Notes: a model not told the origin generated them from the sequence alone. Positions 8,612 to 18,612 are shown, counted from the first letter of the stretch. The stretch is DNA of 32,000 nt from Candidatus Nanosynbacter lyticus (GCF_000803625.1 NZ_CP007496.1:1-32000); one strand, 5' to 3'. Translations and numbers: made by a program.

Positions 8612-10471
8612 TTATACTTCTCCGTAACCACCAATTGGTGTATCAGACGGCTTTACTTGTTGAGCTACGGGATTGGTGTTAATCAGGTTATACTCAGTGT
8701 CGCTAGCTTGAATTTGGATATGAACGTGATTTTGCCCAGCAAAGAATAAGCCTTGACCAACTGGGAAATTAGATAGTCGTTTTTGTTCTTCATCGGTCAA
8801 TTTAAATACCTGAGCGAGGACATCAACAGCGCTGGTGGATTGTTTTAATAGTAATTGCATTGATGAGTTGGAGACTATGGCGCGACCCATCTTACTACCA
8901 ACGAAATCTTCCACGTCCTGAGTGATAGTGGTTAATCCTAATTGATACTTACGGGCGCGCTTTGCTAGGGAGAATAAGAAATTGGCGGAATCATCATATT
9001 TCATCAATTGCCAGGCCTCGTCCACAATCAGCATGCGCTTTTTCTGGTCAGTGCGTGTAATATTCCAGATGTGGTTCAGGACAATATACATTGCGGTTGG
9101 CCGAAGTTCATCTTCAAGGTCGCGAATATTAAACACTACCATATTATTGTTGATGTCAATATTACTTTGCTGTGAGAAAATACCAGCAAATGTTCCAGAG
9201 GTAAATTTGCGTAGACGCTGTGCCAGGCTTGGTCCAGTGCCACCCATGTGAAGCAAGGTGTCATATAAGTCAGAAATAGTTGGAGGAGTGGAATTGTGAG
9301 TCAGTGGATCGGATGTAATACCGACACGCGCGTAGGTGTCAATGAGTGCTTGATCGATGTCTGCCTCTTCCGCTGGTGTTAATCCCGCTACAACTTGCCC
9401 GCTGGCTGTTGTTTGTGCCCCGCCTAGCATTTGTCGCAATAATCCATGCAGCGTTACTAGGTTTGCTCTTAAAGCGTCGTCCGCCTCCTCGGTATCGATG
9501 ACTCGCGGTAAGTCAAAAGGATTAATCCTTGTATCGCTATTTAGACTTAGTCGAATATAGCTACCGCCAACTGCGTCACAAAGTTTTTGATACTCATTTT
9601 CTGGGTCAATAATCACAATGTCTGACCCAACCATCATACTCCTTAGAGCCTCTAATTTAACAGTAAATGATTTACCGGCACCAGATTTAGCAAACACCAC
9701 CATATTGGCATTTTCCAGGCTAAACCTATCAAAAATCACCAGACCGTTATTGTGCATATTAATTCCATACAGGACGCCCTTATTATCTGTTAGGTCGGCT
9801 GAAGTGAATGGGAAGCTGGTAGAAATTGCGCCTGTATTCATATTGCGGCGAATTTGCAGCTCATCGGCTAACTGTGGGACTGTGCTATTGAGCCCCTGCT
9901 CTTGCTGGCTGGAGGCCACTTTGGAGAAGACTAATTGTTGTCCAAATATTGTTTCAATTTTGTGTTGCACAAAGTTCAATTCATCCATACTATCGGCATA
10001 AATTGTAATGTATAGTCCGTAGCGGAAGAACTTCTCTGCCCCAATCTGTAGCTGATCGCGTAATTCTTCGGCGTCTTGTAAGGCAGCTTCCAGTCCTGGA
10101 TCACGCACGCGTCCCTTTTCCGAATTGATATTCATGCTAGCTTCCAGCTGGGTAACTTTTTTGCGCAGATTATTCAACACAATTTGCGTATCAACCGGAT
10201 AAATAAACATACTAATATCCAGTACTTCATCGATATTAATGACTGAACTGAGCCAGCCGGTGTAGATTTGTCGTGGATAGCCATAGACATACATAGTACG
10301 ACCATATTTTGAACCTAGTCGGAAATGATCGGAATGAAGTTCAATGCTACTTGGTGCAATAAAATCACGCAGTGTACGGACACCGGTTAAAAAGGCTTGC
10401 TCAACTTCAGCTTGTTCGCGCGCTCGTTGTTGTGCGGCGATATCAACAGCGTCTAATTTCTTCTTTGCCAT
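8612..10471 (-). CDS. VirB4/TraC-type conjugative/T4SS ATPase
   Basis: 619 aa; Walker A FAKSGAGKSFTVK, VIIDPENEYQ, RINPFDLP, Walker B-like KKRMLIVDEAWQLM, TTITQDVEDF: classic VirB4 motifs. Confidence 0.92.
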   Translation of the reverse strand: MAKKKLDAVDIAAQQRAREQAEVEQAFLTGVRTLRDFIAPSSIELHSDHFRLGSKYGRTMYVYGYPRQIYTGWLSSVINIDEVLDISMFIYPVDTQIVLNNLRKKVTQLEASMNINSEKGRVRDPGLEAALQDAEELRDQLQIGAEKFFRYGLYITIYADSMDELNFVQHKIETIFGQQLVFSKVASSQQEQGLNSTVPQLADELQIRRNMNTGAISTSFPFTSADLTDNKGVLYGINMHNNGLVIFDRFSLENANMVVFAKSGAGKSFTVKLEALRSMMVGSDIVIIDPENEYQKLCDAVGGSYIRLSLNSDTRINPFDLPRVIDTEEADDALRANLVTLHGLLRQMLGGAQTTASGQVVAGLTPAEEADIDQALIDTYARVGITSDPLTHNSTPPTISDLYDTLLHMGGTGPSLAQRLRKFTSGTFAGIFSQQSNIDINNNMVVFNIRDLEDELRPTAMYIVLNHIWNITRTDQKKRMLIVDEAWQLMKYDDSANFLFSLAKRARKYQLGLTTITQDVEDFVGSKMGRAIVSNSSMQLLLKQSTSAVDVLAQVFKLTDEEQKRLSNFPVGQGLFFAGQNHVHIQIQASDTEYNLINTNPVAQQVKPSDTPIGGYGEV

Positions 10472-11355
10472 TATAGTCTTTCTCCTGTTGGTGCTTGTCC
10501 TGTGCCTTTAGTGACGTAGGTAGTAGTTAGTTCACTCGGGTCGATTTCTGACAGTGATTCACGTGATGATGTGTCGGGATTATATGAAGTGTAGAATAAC
10601 TCACCCAACTGACGGGTGTTTAATTGCCAGCTTTTTACCCCAATTTGGAACAAGCCGCTCATTACTGAATCAATACGATTTTTTATCTCATCCTTTGCTT
10701 TTGTGTATGTAACTTGATCAATTTTTGTTACAGTCGCTTCTTTTTTTCCGCTAAAGAAACTACTGAATAGTCCTTTTGTTTGTTGCTTGAATGCATTAGT
10801 ATCACCATCAGGATAATACGGTACAACTACGTAAAAACTTTTATCCATAATATTTGCTTCTTGCGCTAAAACATCAATAAAGTCCATATAATCATCCATC
10901 AGAACATTGAGCAACATGTTATCTTGATTACGTCGGATATCAGCCAGTCTGTCTAGATAAGGCCCAATGTCTACCCGGCGTGAACGGACCAGAATTTGAA
11001 TTGGAAAATATAGAGAATTGATGAAATTTTGATAGCTGAACTCTATTCCCTCTCTTTCGCGTGAACTCATCAAATCAAAGTTAATTGACTCACATTCGAT
11101 TACTGCTCGGAAACTGCCGTCACTCATAATAATCATATTTTCACGCATTTCAGAAAACAGGAGAGTATTTTGAGTGCTGATTGGTCCACTCTGTTTTTTA
11201 TTTTCTGGTGACTTATCCGGGGTTGGTGTAGTAGCAGATCCTGCTATGGTTGTATTCACGGCGGATTGCTGAGGAATATTAGGAATAGCCGCATTGGTTT
11301 GCGGTAATTGCTGATTCAATTGCTGATTTTGTAACTCTGGTTGCATAAACCCCAC
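10471..11355 (-). CDS. T4SS-associated protein resembling a TraC/VirB4 N-terminal domain
   Basis: 294 aa; MIIMSDGSFRAVIECESINFDLMSSREREGIEFSYQNFINSLYFPIQILVRSRRVDIGPYLDRL pattern of VirB4-N-like proteins; 1-nt TAATG overlap with the VirB4 gene. Confidence 0.65.
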   Translation of the reverse strand: MGFMQPELQNQQLNQQLPQTNAAIPNIPQQSAVNTTIAGSATTPTPDKSPENKKQSGPISTQNTLLFSEMRENMIIMSDGSFRAVIECESINFDLMSSREREGIEFSYQNFINSLYFPIQILVRSRRVDIGPYLDRLADIRRNQDNMLLNVLMDDYMDFIDVLAQEANIMDKSFYVVVPYYPDGDTNAFKQQTKGLFSSFFSGKKEATVTKIDQVTYTKAKDEIKNRIDSVMSGLFQIGVKSWQLNTRQLGELFYTSYNPDTSSRESLSEIDPSELTTTYVTKGTGQAPTGERL

Positions 11356-12246
11356 CTAACGTAATGAAATCACCACTTCCTCTTCTGCTAATTTATTTTC
11401 TTGCTGAATTCGATTTGCCTCACGTGAAATCGTTTCAATTGAAAGGTCGCTGTGATTATTTGCCAAATCTATTATAGCAGGTGATACGTCGTTTAAGCTA
11501 GTTTGCGGCGTGGCAGTCGGTTGGCTATTAGTAGGTTTATTGTCTGACAGCGGATTGATGGTTGACTGGCGCATTGTTGGGTATGGATTTATCTGAAGGC
11601 GTAAGTCGGACGGTTTTTCTGAGTCGTTATTAGTCTGAGATGGTTGCTCAGATAGTTGACCTGTTTGCATTTTCTCTATTATCTGCTGTCGCCTACGGAC
11701 ATCTGACTGGCTAATTAGATGGTTAATGTTTTGTGCTGTAGTGCTATTTTCATCTAGAATATCATTGGCCGCTTGGCCTTCGTTAAATAAATCGGCGCGC
11801 ATTGAACTATTCGGGTTATTAACTCCACGGATTGACCAACCTTGGCTGTCTACCAGGTTTGCTAAGTATGACAATCGCCGCTGAACCTCGGTTTGATCGT
11901 ATTTATTGCCATATATCTTCTCCTCAGTTTTTGGTGCGACAACTTCTACTAACGTTTCAATACCGTCAGGCTGCCATAGGCGTTTTTTCGGTTTTAACAT
12001 AAAAGAAATAACTGCCGCAAGGTATACTTCCATCGGTTGATCTTTTTTAAGAGGTAAAGCTAAAGCCCCAAAAAACAAAACAACCGGCATTGGAATTAAA
12101 AATAAGGGTAGCAACAATTGGCTCAAAGCATACGCAATACCAATTCCAACAACTGCGGTAATTAAAAACACAAACTGCCGGAAACTAAATGGTCCAAGTA
12201 GCTTATCCTCCGCCTCAACATCCTGAGGAACTTTATATATAGACAT
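11356..12246 (-). CDS. PrgI-family membrane protein (Gram-positive T4SS component)
   Basis: 296 aa; YKVPQDVEAEDKLLGPFSFRQFVFLI... with two TM segments near the N-terminus, located immediately upstream of VirB4-like genes. Confidence 0.8.
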   Translation of the reverse strand: MSIYKVPQDVEAEDKLLGPFSFRQFVFLITAVVGIGIAYALSQLLLPLFLIPMPVVLFFGALALPLKKDQPMEVYLAAVISFMLKPKKRLWQPDGIETLVEVVAPKTEEKIYGNKYDQTEVQRRLSYLANLVDSQGWSIRGVNNPNSSMRADLFNEGQAANDILDENSTTAQNINHLISQSDVRRRQQIIEKMQTGQLSEQPSQTNNDSEKPSDLRLQINPYPTMRQSTINPLSDNKPTNSQPTATPQTSLNDVSPAIIDLANNHSDLSIETISREANRIQQENKLAEEEVVISLR

Positions 12247-12276
12247 ACTGCTTATATTATACCAAAAATACGATGA

Positions 12277-14787
12277 TTATAGCATGTTGCGAAGGTTTTT
12301 GAACTGATCTTTAGCCGCATCAATTACACTCGCTGACAATCTTTCGTCGCTGAGGATTGTATCAATAGTCTCCTTAATAGATGCGCGTTTTTCTTTGCTA
12401 ATTATAGAGGTATTATTAACAGCTTCTATTAATAGTTTAACCCCATCAGCATCAGTGTTAGCCAAAGCTTCCGGTTTATATTTACCACCCTGTAGCCATT
12501 CAGCACAATAATTGAGCAAATCTTGACGGTTATTAATAGTACCCTTAACCATATCGTCAATTAATTTACCACCCATAAAGGAAGCTTTGTTTTTCACGCC
12601 AGATGATGCTAATGCTGCCGCCACAGAAGAATAGAATTCTGGCGGTAATTCGCTAACAAGCTGAGCAACTTCTGTAACGGTCCCATATTTAATCTGCTCT
12701 TCAATTGCAGCTTCACGTACATATATGTTATTGCTATCCAATACCGTTCCATCTGAAAGTGTCACGGAATTGCCTAAAGATATCTTTTGTCTTTGCCCAG
12801 AGCTTAGCTTATAATGCTTCATAATCTGATGAGCTTCATCAACGGACTTGGAGAATTCGCTGCGGTTGGTTGATATGGCAGAGGCTAAGGCGGCATCCGC
12901 GCCAAGTAAATTACCTTTATCATCCACTAAGACATGTCCACCAGCCTTCCCTCGAAGTTCCTTGCTGTTTATCAATTGTTTTGCAAATTCACTGTGCTGC
13001 TGGCGTTGAGCGTTATTCTTAATTAGTCCAGACACTGCAATTTCGGTTTCTAGGTCTTTAATGTCTGATATAAATTGAGCTTGTTGCGCGTCTCGCCAAT
13101 TTGAGTATTTAGTTGACTTAGCTCGTAGAGCACGATCGTACTTTCCATACGTATCAGTTGGTGCGTGACCCAGCGTAGCTTCGGTGTATCGATTGTCATC
13201 TTGTGCGGATAACAGATCTGCACGCCTGGAAGCCTGTCTGGCGTCTAAGTCTGACTTCTTATATCTGGCTGTATTTCTGAATGAGTTTTCGGCATTTTTC
13301 TGTGAAGTTTCCAGATCTTTTTTGCGTAATCTACCACTATGATCTGCCCAACGGCGTAAACGATTTGGGTTGAATCGCGCCATATTGGGGTTAGCCAACT
13401 TCTTGTTTTTAGTGATCTCGCGACGATCTTTAGCCCAGTTTTTAGACTTGTCGTACCAACCTTTATTCTTATCATTAACAAACCCAGCGAACTTACCTAA
13501 TACTCCGCCGCTAAGTTTCAGAATTATAGGTGTTAAGGCTAATGGTATAACTTGAACTGCCATTCCTAAGATTTGCATTATTCCACCATTTGCTCCAGTG
13601 GCGTTTTGGATAATTATTATTCCAGCCAATTGTGCCCCACCGAATATTACAGCGAATGCCGGGAAAAATACTAACATCGTGAGGAATAAGTCTCGCCATT
13701 TCTTAAACCATTTTTCTGTGCCAGGAAGTAAATAGCAAACGAAGGCTAAAGGTGAGATGATAATTAGGATTACAATTAAAGCTTGACGTGCTGCCATAAT
13801 TAGAAGCACTAAGAGAAGCACTAGACCTATTCCTACTAATGCCGATAGTGCTAATGGTAGTAGTTCTGCTCCCATGGCTACTGTTGCGACCACTCCACCA
13901 GCTAAAGCTCCGTTGGACAGTATCATCACAATAACTTCTGACCATGTCCAACCTACGCCCGTATTTTCTCCTACGGTGGATATTGTGTTTTTAATCCCCA
14001 TGAAAGCGTCTTGGAAAGCGTAACCAGTTACGTTTGATAAATCTAATAAAATAGCACAAAACGTAAACGATAAATTGACTAACACCGCCGCAATCACTAA
14101 CCTAGGGAGCATTTTTTTGATACCGTAATTGCTAATTCCTACAGAGGTCAATTGTGAGTAGATAATCACCAAAAACGCCACAATAAACGCCACGTTGCTG
14201 ATGTTGCGCATAATGACCCACGCCAAATAAATTCCACTGTTTTGATTGGTCGTTTCTAATGGCTTAGTTTTTAAGAACTCCTGAAGCGCGCTGTACATAT
14301 AATCTATGCCATCAGCTAACCAATTGGAGAGTGGACAGATAATCCAACCTATTCCCTGTACGTCACAGGAAGTGCTGGTTGAATTTTCTGAGGGAGATTC
14401 AATTGAAATAGTTGAGGTGCTGGTTTGTTCGTAGGTGTTTGGTGGCGCAAATGAATAAACCGCGTAAGTTGCGGAACTTAGTGAAGATATTTCGCTTGAT
14501 GGGAAATAAATAACCTTGGCTTCTTTTTTATTCTTATCTTCATTAACATAAACAAGCGAATTATCAGGTAGGTTAAATTGTTTGATCTTTTTATCATCGC
14601 TTACCTTTGTATATTTTTCTTTATTATAGGTTAAATTACGACCACTCCATTCTGCGTCTACGGCGTAAACAGAAGTTGAATGTGCTAAGGTATTAAGAAA
14701 AATGCCCACCAGCATCCCTGCTATCAGCAACACGAACCACTGCAGCCACTTATTAAGAAGCTGCTTATGGGAAATCAACCACTCCAT
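12277..14787 (-). CDS. VirB6/TrbL-like polytopic membrane protein with long cytoplasmic tail (paralogue 1)
   Basis: 836 aa; signal-like N-terminus, TM bundle with YGIKKMLPRLVIAAVLVNLSFTFCAILLDLSN, LILMAARQALIVILIIISPLAFVCYLLPGTEKWFKKW, then ~350 aa charged helical tail. Confidence 0.75.
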   Translation of the reverse strand: MEWLISHKQLLNKWLQWFVLLIAGMLVGIFLNTLAHSTSVYAVDAEWSGRNLTYNKEKYTKVSDDKKIKQFNLPDNSLVYVNEDKNKKEAKVIYFPSSEISSLSSATYAVYSFAPPNTYEQTSTSTISIESPSENSTSTSCDVQGIGWIICPLSNWLADGIDYMYSALQEFLKTKPLETTNQNSGIYLAWVIMRNISNVAFIVAFLVIIYSQLTSVGISNYGIKKMLPRLVIAAVLVNLSFTFCAILLDLSNVTGYAFQDAFMGIKNTISTVGENTGVGWTWSEVIVMILSNGALAGGVVATVAMGAELLPLALSALVGIGLVLLLVLLIMAARQALIVILIIISPLAFVCYLLPGTEKWFKKWRDLFLTMLVFFPAFAVIFGGAQLAGIIIIQNATGANGGIMQILGMAVQVIPLALTPIILKLSGGVLGKFAGFVNDKNKGWYDKSKNWAKDRREITKNKKLANPNMARFNPNRLRRWADHSGRLRKKDLETSQKNAENSFRNTARYKKSDLDARQASRRADLLSAQDDNRYTEATLGHAPTDTYGKYDRALRAKSTKYSNWRDAQQAQFISDIKDLETEIAVSGLIKNNAQRQQHSEFAKQLINSKELRGKAGGHVLVDDKGNLLGADAALASAISTNRSEFSKSVDEAHQIMKHYKLSSGQRQKISLGNSVTLSDGTVLDSNNIYVREAAIEEQIKYGTVTEVAQLVSELPPEFYSSVAAALASSGVKNKASFMGGKLIDDMVKGTINNRQDLLNYCAEWLQGGKYKPEALANTDADGVKLLIEAVNNTSIISKEKRASIKETIDTILSDERLSASVIDAAKDQFKNLRNML

Positions 14788-14860
14788 CTGAGGTTATATT
14801 AGCATTTTTGATGGAAAAAGTCAAGAGAAGAAGTTGTGTATGATTTTTTCTTGCTTAATG

Positions 14861-17449
14861 TCATCTGCCGTATTTATTAACCTCTTCGTCAGAGGGAATA
14901 ATTATCCCTCCAGAGCTACTGTTGCTCTGTTGGTTATTTTGTTGAGAATTAGAGGAGGATGTATTCTGTGGTGTATTCTCGGCAACCACTCCGTGAGCAC
15001 TTAACGCCTCATATATTGCTTGATTTATATTTTTTGCAGTATTTGGATTTGATACGGCAACTTCTCCTGCTTTTTTAAATGCAGCCGAAGCTTTTTCATT
15101 CTTACTATCGGCAATAGCTTTAGATAGCCATTTGGTTGCTGCGCCATTTTGTACTAAGTGCTCTGCTTGTAGATTTCCAGACTCGGTATTATTTACTGCC
15201 ATGTTAGATAGATTTTGCATACCATCAATCTTATCGTTGAGAATAGCATCTCCGAATCCGTTTCCTATGATATTATTATCTCCCTTTGCAAATGAACCTT
15301 TAATCGCTCGTTGTTTTATAGAAGTGTCTACACCTTTTAGGCTACTCAGCACCTTCATACGTTCTTCAAAACTACCATTAGCCATAATATGGTCAATAGC
15401 AGCTGCGCGCATAGCTTTTGAGGCAGTTGTGTTTGTGCCGTTGGCTATATTGGCTATATTACCTGATGTCATACCTTGCAACATTGTGGATGCGTTTTCA
15501 ACGTCGCTTTCGAACGCCTTAGCTACAGTTGCGCGGGCGCGTGCTCCACCTTTATCCCAACCCATAAATCGACCGAGTGGACTACTATCCCTCCACGTAG
15601 CAATTTTACCCGTTCGCCTGCTTGCGCGTTTTCTGTCCATGAAGTCTGAATATTTTCTTTTCGTATCACCAATAACAGAATTGTCAACACGTCCTTTTGC
15701 TGTGCCTTTTACGTTTCCAGCGAATCGACTATGCGCATTAGCACCCATTCTACCTATCTTTGCGCCAATGTTGCCCAGCGAATTTAATGAGCTCTGTAGT
15801 ACGAAAGGTGTAGCGCCCAATGGCAATATAGATGCTGCTAGTGCTGCGAACTGCATAGTTTCTTTCGGGTTGTTTGGATCGTCTGTGGCTGACGCTGCTA
15901 ATACAGCTCCCGCTAATTTTCCAGCTCCGTATAGAAGGGATATTACAGGAAATACTATTAATAACCCTCTAAACACTGATACCCATTTTTTGAACAGATT
16001 TTCGGTATTTGGGAGAAGCCATGCTGCAAATGCTAATGGAGATATCGCTATCAATAATATAATGGCAGATTGTCGAACAATTAATATAACCAGCACTACA
16101 AGTAGAGCTAACAGCAGGGCTAAAATAGTAGGTATACTTACAGCAAGGAATATAAACAGACCTACTCCAACTAAGGTTAATCCAGCGGCTATTAAATTAT
16201 AAAAAGATCCAGTTGCTGCTGATTGAGTATCTATTCCTGATGCAGCTCCTTCTAAAACTCCCTTAAGAGAAAAACCGAGTATATTAGATAAGTCTACAGC
16301 TAATTGACATAGGTAAAAAGATAAGTTTACAAGTAAAGCTCCTATTATTAACCTTGGCAGAATTCTCTTAATGCCGTAGTTGCTTATACCGACATTGCTT
16401 ATTTGGGAAAATATTACCCATAAAAATATCAAAGCAAATGTGGCGTTTGCAATGTCGCGAAAGAAATCCCAAGCTTGTTTTAATCCCCCGGATGTAGAAT
16501 CGTTTTTAAAAATTCCTGGGTCAATAGATAGAAACTGTGATATTGCGGAGTAGGAGGCGTCTCCCAAGCTACCAGCAAAACTCATCAATGGACAAACCAA
16601 CCATCCTACACCGTCTACGCCACAGGAATTTTTCTCTTCGTCACTTTCTTCTGGCTTATTAAGAGCATTTTCTGCCTCTTGAGCTTTAGCGTCCATCTCT
16701 TTTTTAATGTCATCCCAGGCTATAGTTGTCATATTTTGTATGACTTGACTCTTATCTATACCTGATCTTGAGCTAACACAGTCGGTGAAGTATTGATCCT
16801 TGGCGCTAGATCCAGTGTCTCCGTATTTACGAGAGGATACAGATTCTTCAGCCGCAGCTATACAAGTCCCTATTAATTTCTTTGCAAGCTTACTTTTTGC
16901 ATTTTGATCACAGCTTATGCTATCACCAATAGTTGCGCATCCAGCTTCGATTTTTTCGCTGTCCGGCAACTCCTTATACCAAGTACTATTTGTAATTGTT
17001 GGTTTTAGAGCTTCCTCTAGCTTGGGCATAGTTACTTGATTAGTGGCAGCATCTATTGAGGCCTTTTTTCTGGCATTTTTAACTTGTTCCTCTTTTGATA
17101 ATTCCACACACCTACCCTGTGAATAGGGTCCTTCCTTAGGTGTTGATCCCTGTACTTCTCGTGATTCAGCTTTATATCCACTATCACATTTAAGTCTGTC
17201 ATAGCTCACTCTATGGTTACTTTTACTACTATAACACCACCACCATCCATCATCTTTACTTTCTTCACCTTGAGGGGTTTTCTTGTAATTACCATATTCA
17301 GTATTACAGATAACGGCACCTCCTTTAATAGGTTTGGAGGTTGCGTCATCCGCATATGCAACTAAAATTGGCTGCAAAATTATAAAAGCTAGCGATGCAA
17401 ATAAAATAATCAGCAGTGGTTTTATAGGATTATAGTAAAAATACCGCAT
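14861..17449 (-). CDS. VirB6/TrbL-like polytopic membrane protein (paralogue 2)
   Basis: 862 aa; VGISNYGIKRILPRLIIGALLVNLSFYLCQLAVDLSN and IVRQSAIILLIAISPLAFAAWLLPNTENLFKKW, paralogous to 12277-14787; Ser/Asn/Gln-rich C-terminus. Confidence 0.75.
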   Translation of the reverse strand: MRYFYYNPIKPLLIILFASLAFIILQPILVAYADDATSKPIKGGAVICNTEYGNYKKTPQGEESKDDGWWWCYSSKSNHRVSYDRLKCDSGYKAESREVQGSTPKEGPYSQGRCVELSKEEQVKNARKKASIDAATNQVTMPKLEEALKPTITNSTWYKELPDSEKIEAGCATIGDSISCDQNAKSKLAKKLIGTCIAAAEESVSSRKYGDTGSSAKDQYFTDCVSSRSGIDKSQVIQNMTTIAWDDIKKEMDAKAQEAENALNKPEESDEEKNSCGVDGVGWLVCPLMSFAGSLGDASYSAISQFLSIDPGIFKNDSTSGGLKQAWDFFRDIANATFALIFLWVIFSQISNVGISNYGIKRILPRLIIGALLVNLSFYLCQLAVDLSNILGFSLKGVLEGAASGIDTQSAATGSFYNLIAAGLTLVGVGLFIFLAVSIPTILALLLALLVVLVILIVRQSAIILLIAISPLAFAAWLLPNTENLFKKWVSVFRGLLIVFPVISLLYGAGKLAGAVLAASATDDPNNPKETMQFAALAASILPLGATPFVLQSSLNSLGNIGAKIGRMGANAHSRFAGNVKGTAKGRVDNSVIGDTKRKYSDFMDRKRASRRTGKIATWRDSSPLGRFMGWDKGGARARATVAKAFESDVENASTMLQGMTSGNIANIANGTNTTASKAMRAAAIDHIMANGSFEERMKVLSSLKGVDTSIKQRAIKGSFAKGDNNIIGNGFGDAILNDKIDGMQNLSNMAVNNTESGNLQAEHLVQNGAATKWLSKAIADSKNEKASAAFKKAGEVAVSNPNTAKNINQAIYEALSAHGVVAENTPQNTSSSNSQQNNQQSNSSSGGIIIPSDEEVNKYGR

Positions 17450-17476
17450 ATGCTTGCATTATAGCATATGCGGTAT
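17441..17476. repeat. 13-bp perfect inverted repeat spanning the start codon of the 17449 gene
   Basis: ATACCGCATATGC (17441-17453) / GCATATGCGGTAT (17464-17476), 10-nt loop; the loop contains TATAAT on the minus strand. Confidence 0.85.
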
Positions 17477-17498
17477 TGTCATGGTAAGATTAGTGACC

Positions 17499-18374
17499 CT
17501 AAGACCACCATGCTTTTTTTTCTACACCGAATGTTATCTCGTTAAGTTCAATCAGATGTTGAATGTTCGACGTATTAACTTCTACGGACATATTAATAGG
17601 ACTGGCTTCGAAGTCCTTATTATTTGATGGCACAGTTATGGTTGCTCCACTTGCCTCAAATCTAACAACTGAATCTTTCGTTCCTTTAGAATTATTGACT
17701 GCGATAGGTTGTTTACTTACTCTCAGTATTTCAGTGTAGTCATAATAAAGCGATCGCTGTTCAACGGTACAGAGTTCCTTTTTGCATGTAGGAGATGTTG
17801 GGTTTGAAGCTGCCCAAAGCTTTCTTATTGCTTCTTTGAATTTTTCTAATTCTTCAGTCTTTTCCGGATTAAACATAGCCGTAGCTAGATTCATTGCCCT
17901 TGTGTAGTTTGCGTCATCAGAATGATCAACACTAAGCATTTGAATTAGTCGGATTATTCTCAATGCACTCCAAGCTGTTTTCTTTGTTACTGGATCAAAA
18001 ACAGGCTCTTCACCGTTATCATAGTTATTTCTAATAAACTGATCTAAAATTCCTACCAAGTCTTCTCTAGAGGCATTCTTGTCGTCTAAGATACTCAGAT
18101 CAATACCTTCGTAATTCCAGTCTTTTAGGGGTTTTAGCATTTCTTCAACATCAGTCTTTCTTGAGGCTGGTGTTTTATCTGGCGACAACTCTGGTGCTGG
18201 ACTCTGAGTTTCTTGCGCTGTAGATGTTGTGATGTCTGGAGTTGGTTCGCTGTGAGTCTCTCTATTACATCCCGCCACTCCAAATGCAAGTGCTGCCGTG
18301 CCAATTAGTGCCATTATTTTTTTTGGTAGTTCTGAACCGCTTGGGTTATTAAGCTTATTGGGACTATAAACCAT
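17499..18374 (-). CDS. Putative lipoprotein of unknown function
   Basis: 291 aa; MALIGTAALAFGVAGCNRE lipobox-like N-terminus, Pro/Thr/Ser-rich linker, then globular domain; AAAGGA upstream of the start. Confidence 0.6.
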   Translation of the reverse strand: MVYSPNKLNNPSGSELPKKIMALIGTAALAFGVAGCNRETHSEPTPDITTSTAQETQSPAPELSPDKTPASRKTDVEEMLKPLKDWNYEGIDLSILDDKNASREDLVGILDQFIRNNYDNGEEPVFDPVTKKTAWSALRIIRLIQMLSVDHSDDANYTRAMNLATAMFNPEKTEELEKFKEAIRKLWAASNPTSPTCKKELCTVEQRSLYYDYTEILRVSKQPIAVNNSKGTKDSVVRFEASGATITVPSNNKDFEASPINMSVEVNTSNIQHLIELNEITFGVEKKAWWS

Positions 18375-18501
18375 AACGCTTGGGGTCCTTTCTCTGGCAT
18401 TGCCAGGTGTAATTTATAAATCTCCTTAGGTTCATTGACCTAATTGCCGATATAATAACATAAAAATTAAATAAATGCAATAGTTATAGCTGGCAATTAT
18501 A

Positions 18502-18524
18502 ATAAAAAACACCCTGTTAGGGTG
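18502..18524 (-). terminator. Rho-independent terminator downstream of tRNA-Asp
   Basis: Minus strand CACCC-TAACA-GGGTG-TTTTTTATT. Confidence 0.7.
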
Positions 18525-18534
18525 AAAATATCTG

Positions 18535-18612
18535 TGGCGCGCCCGACCGGATTCGAACCGGCGATCTCCTCCGTGACAGGGAGGCGTGATAGGCCAACTT
18601 CACTACGGGCGC
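18535..18612 (-). tRNA. tRNA-Asp(GTC), CCA encoded
   Basis: GCGCCCG...CGGGCGC acceptor, anticodon arm CCTCC-CTGTCAC-GGAGG, T arm CCGGTTCGAATCCGG, discriminator G plus CCA. Confidence 0.95.

Noticed and set aside
8612-11355. Frameshift-split VirB4 gene (10471-11355 and 8612-10471)
   Set aside because: The ORFs overlap by 1 nt with a TAATG junction, both have sensible starts and internal organisation, and the VirB4 ORF has its own complete N-terminal domain. They look like separate translationally coupled genes.
15132-16202. 356-aa plus-strand ORF opposite the second VirB6-like gene
   Set aside because: Fully antisense to a well-supported membrane-protein gene; composition (Ala/Asn/Pro-rich) is a mirror of the opposite strand.
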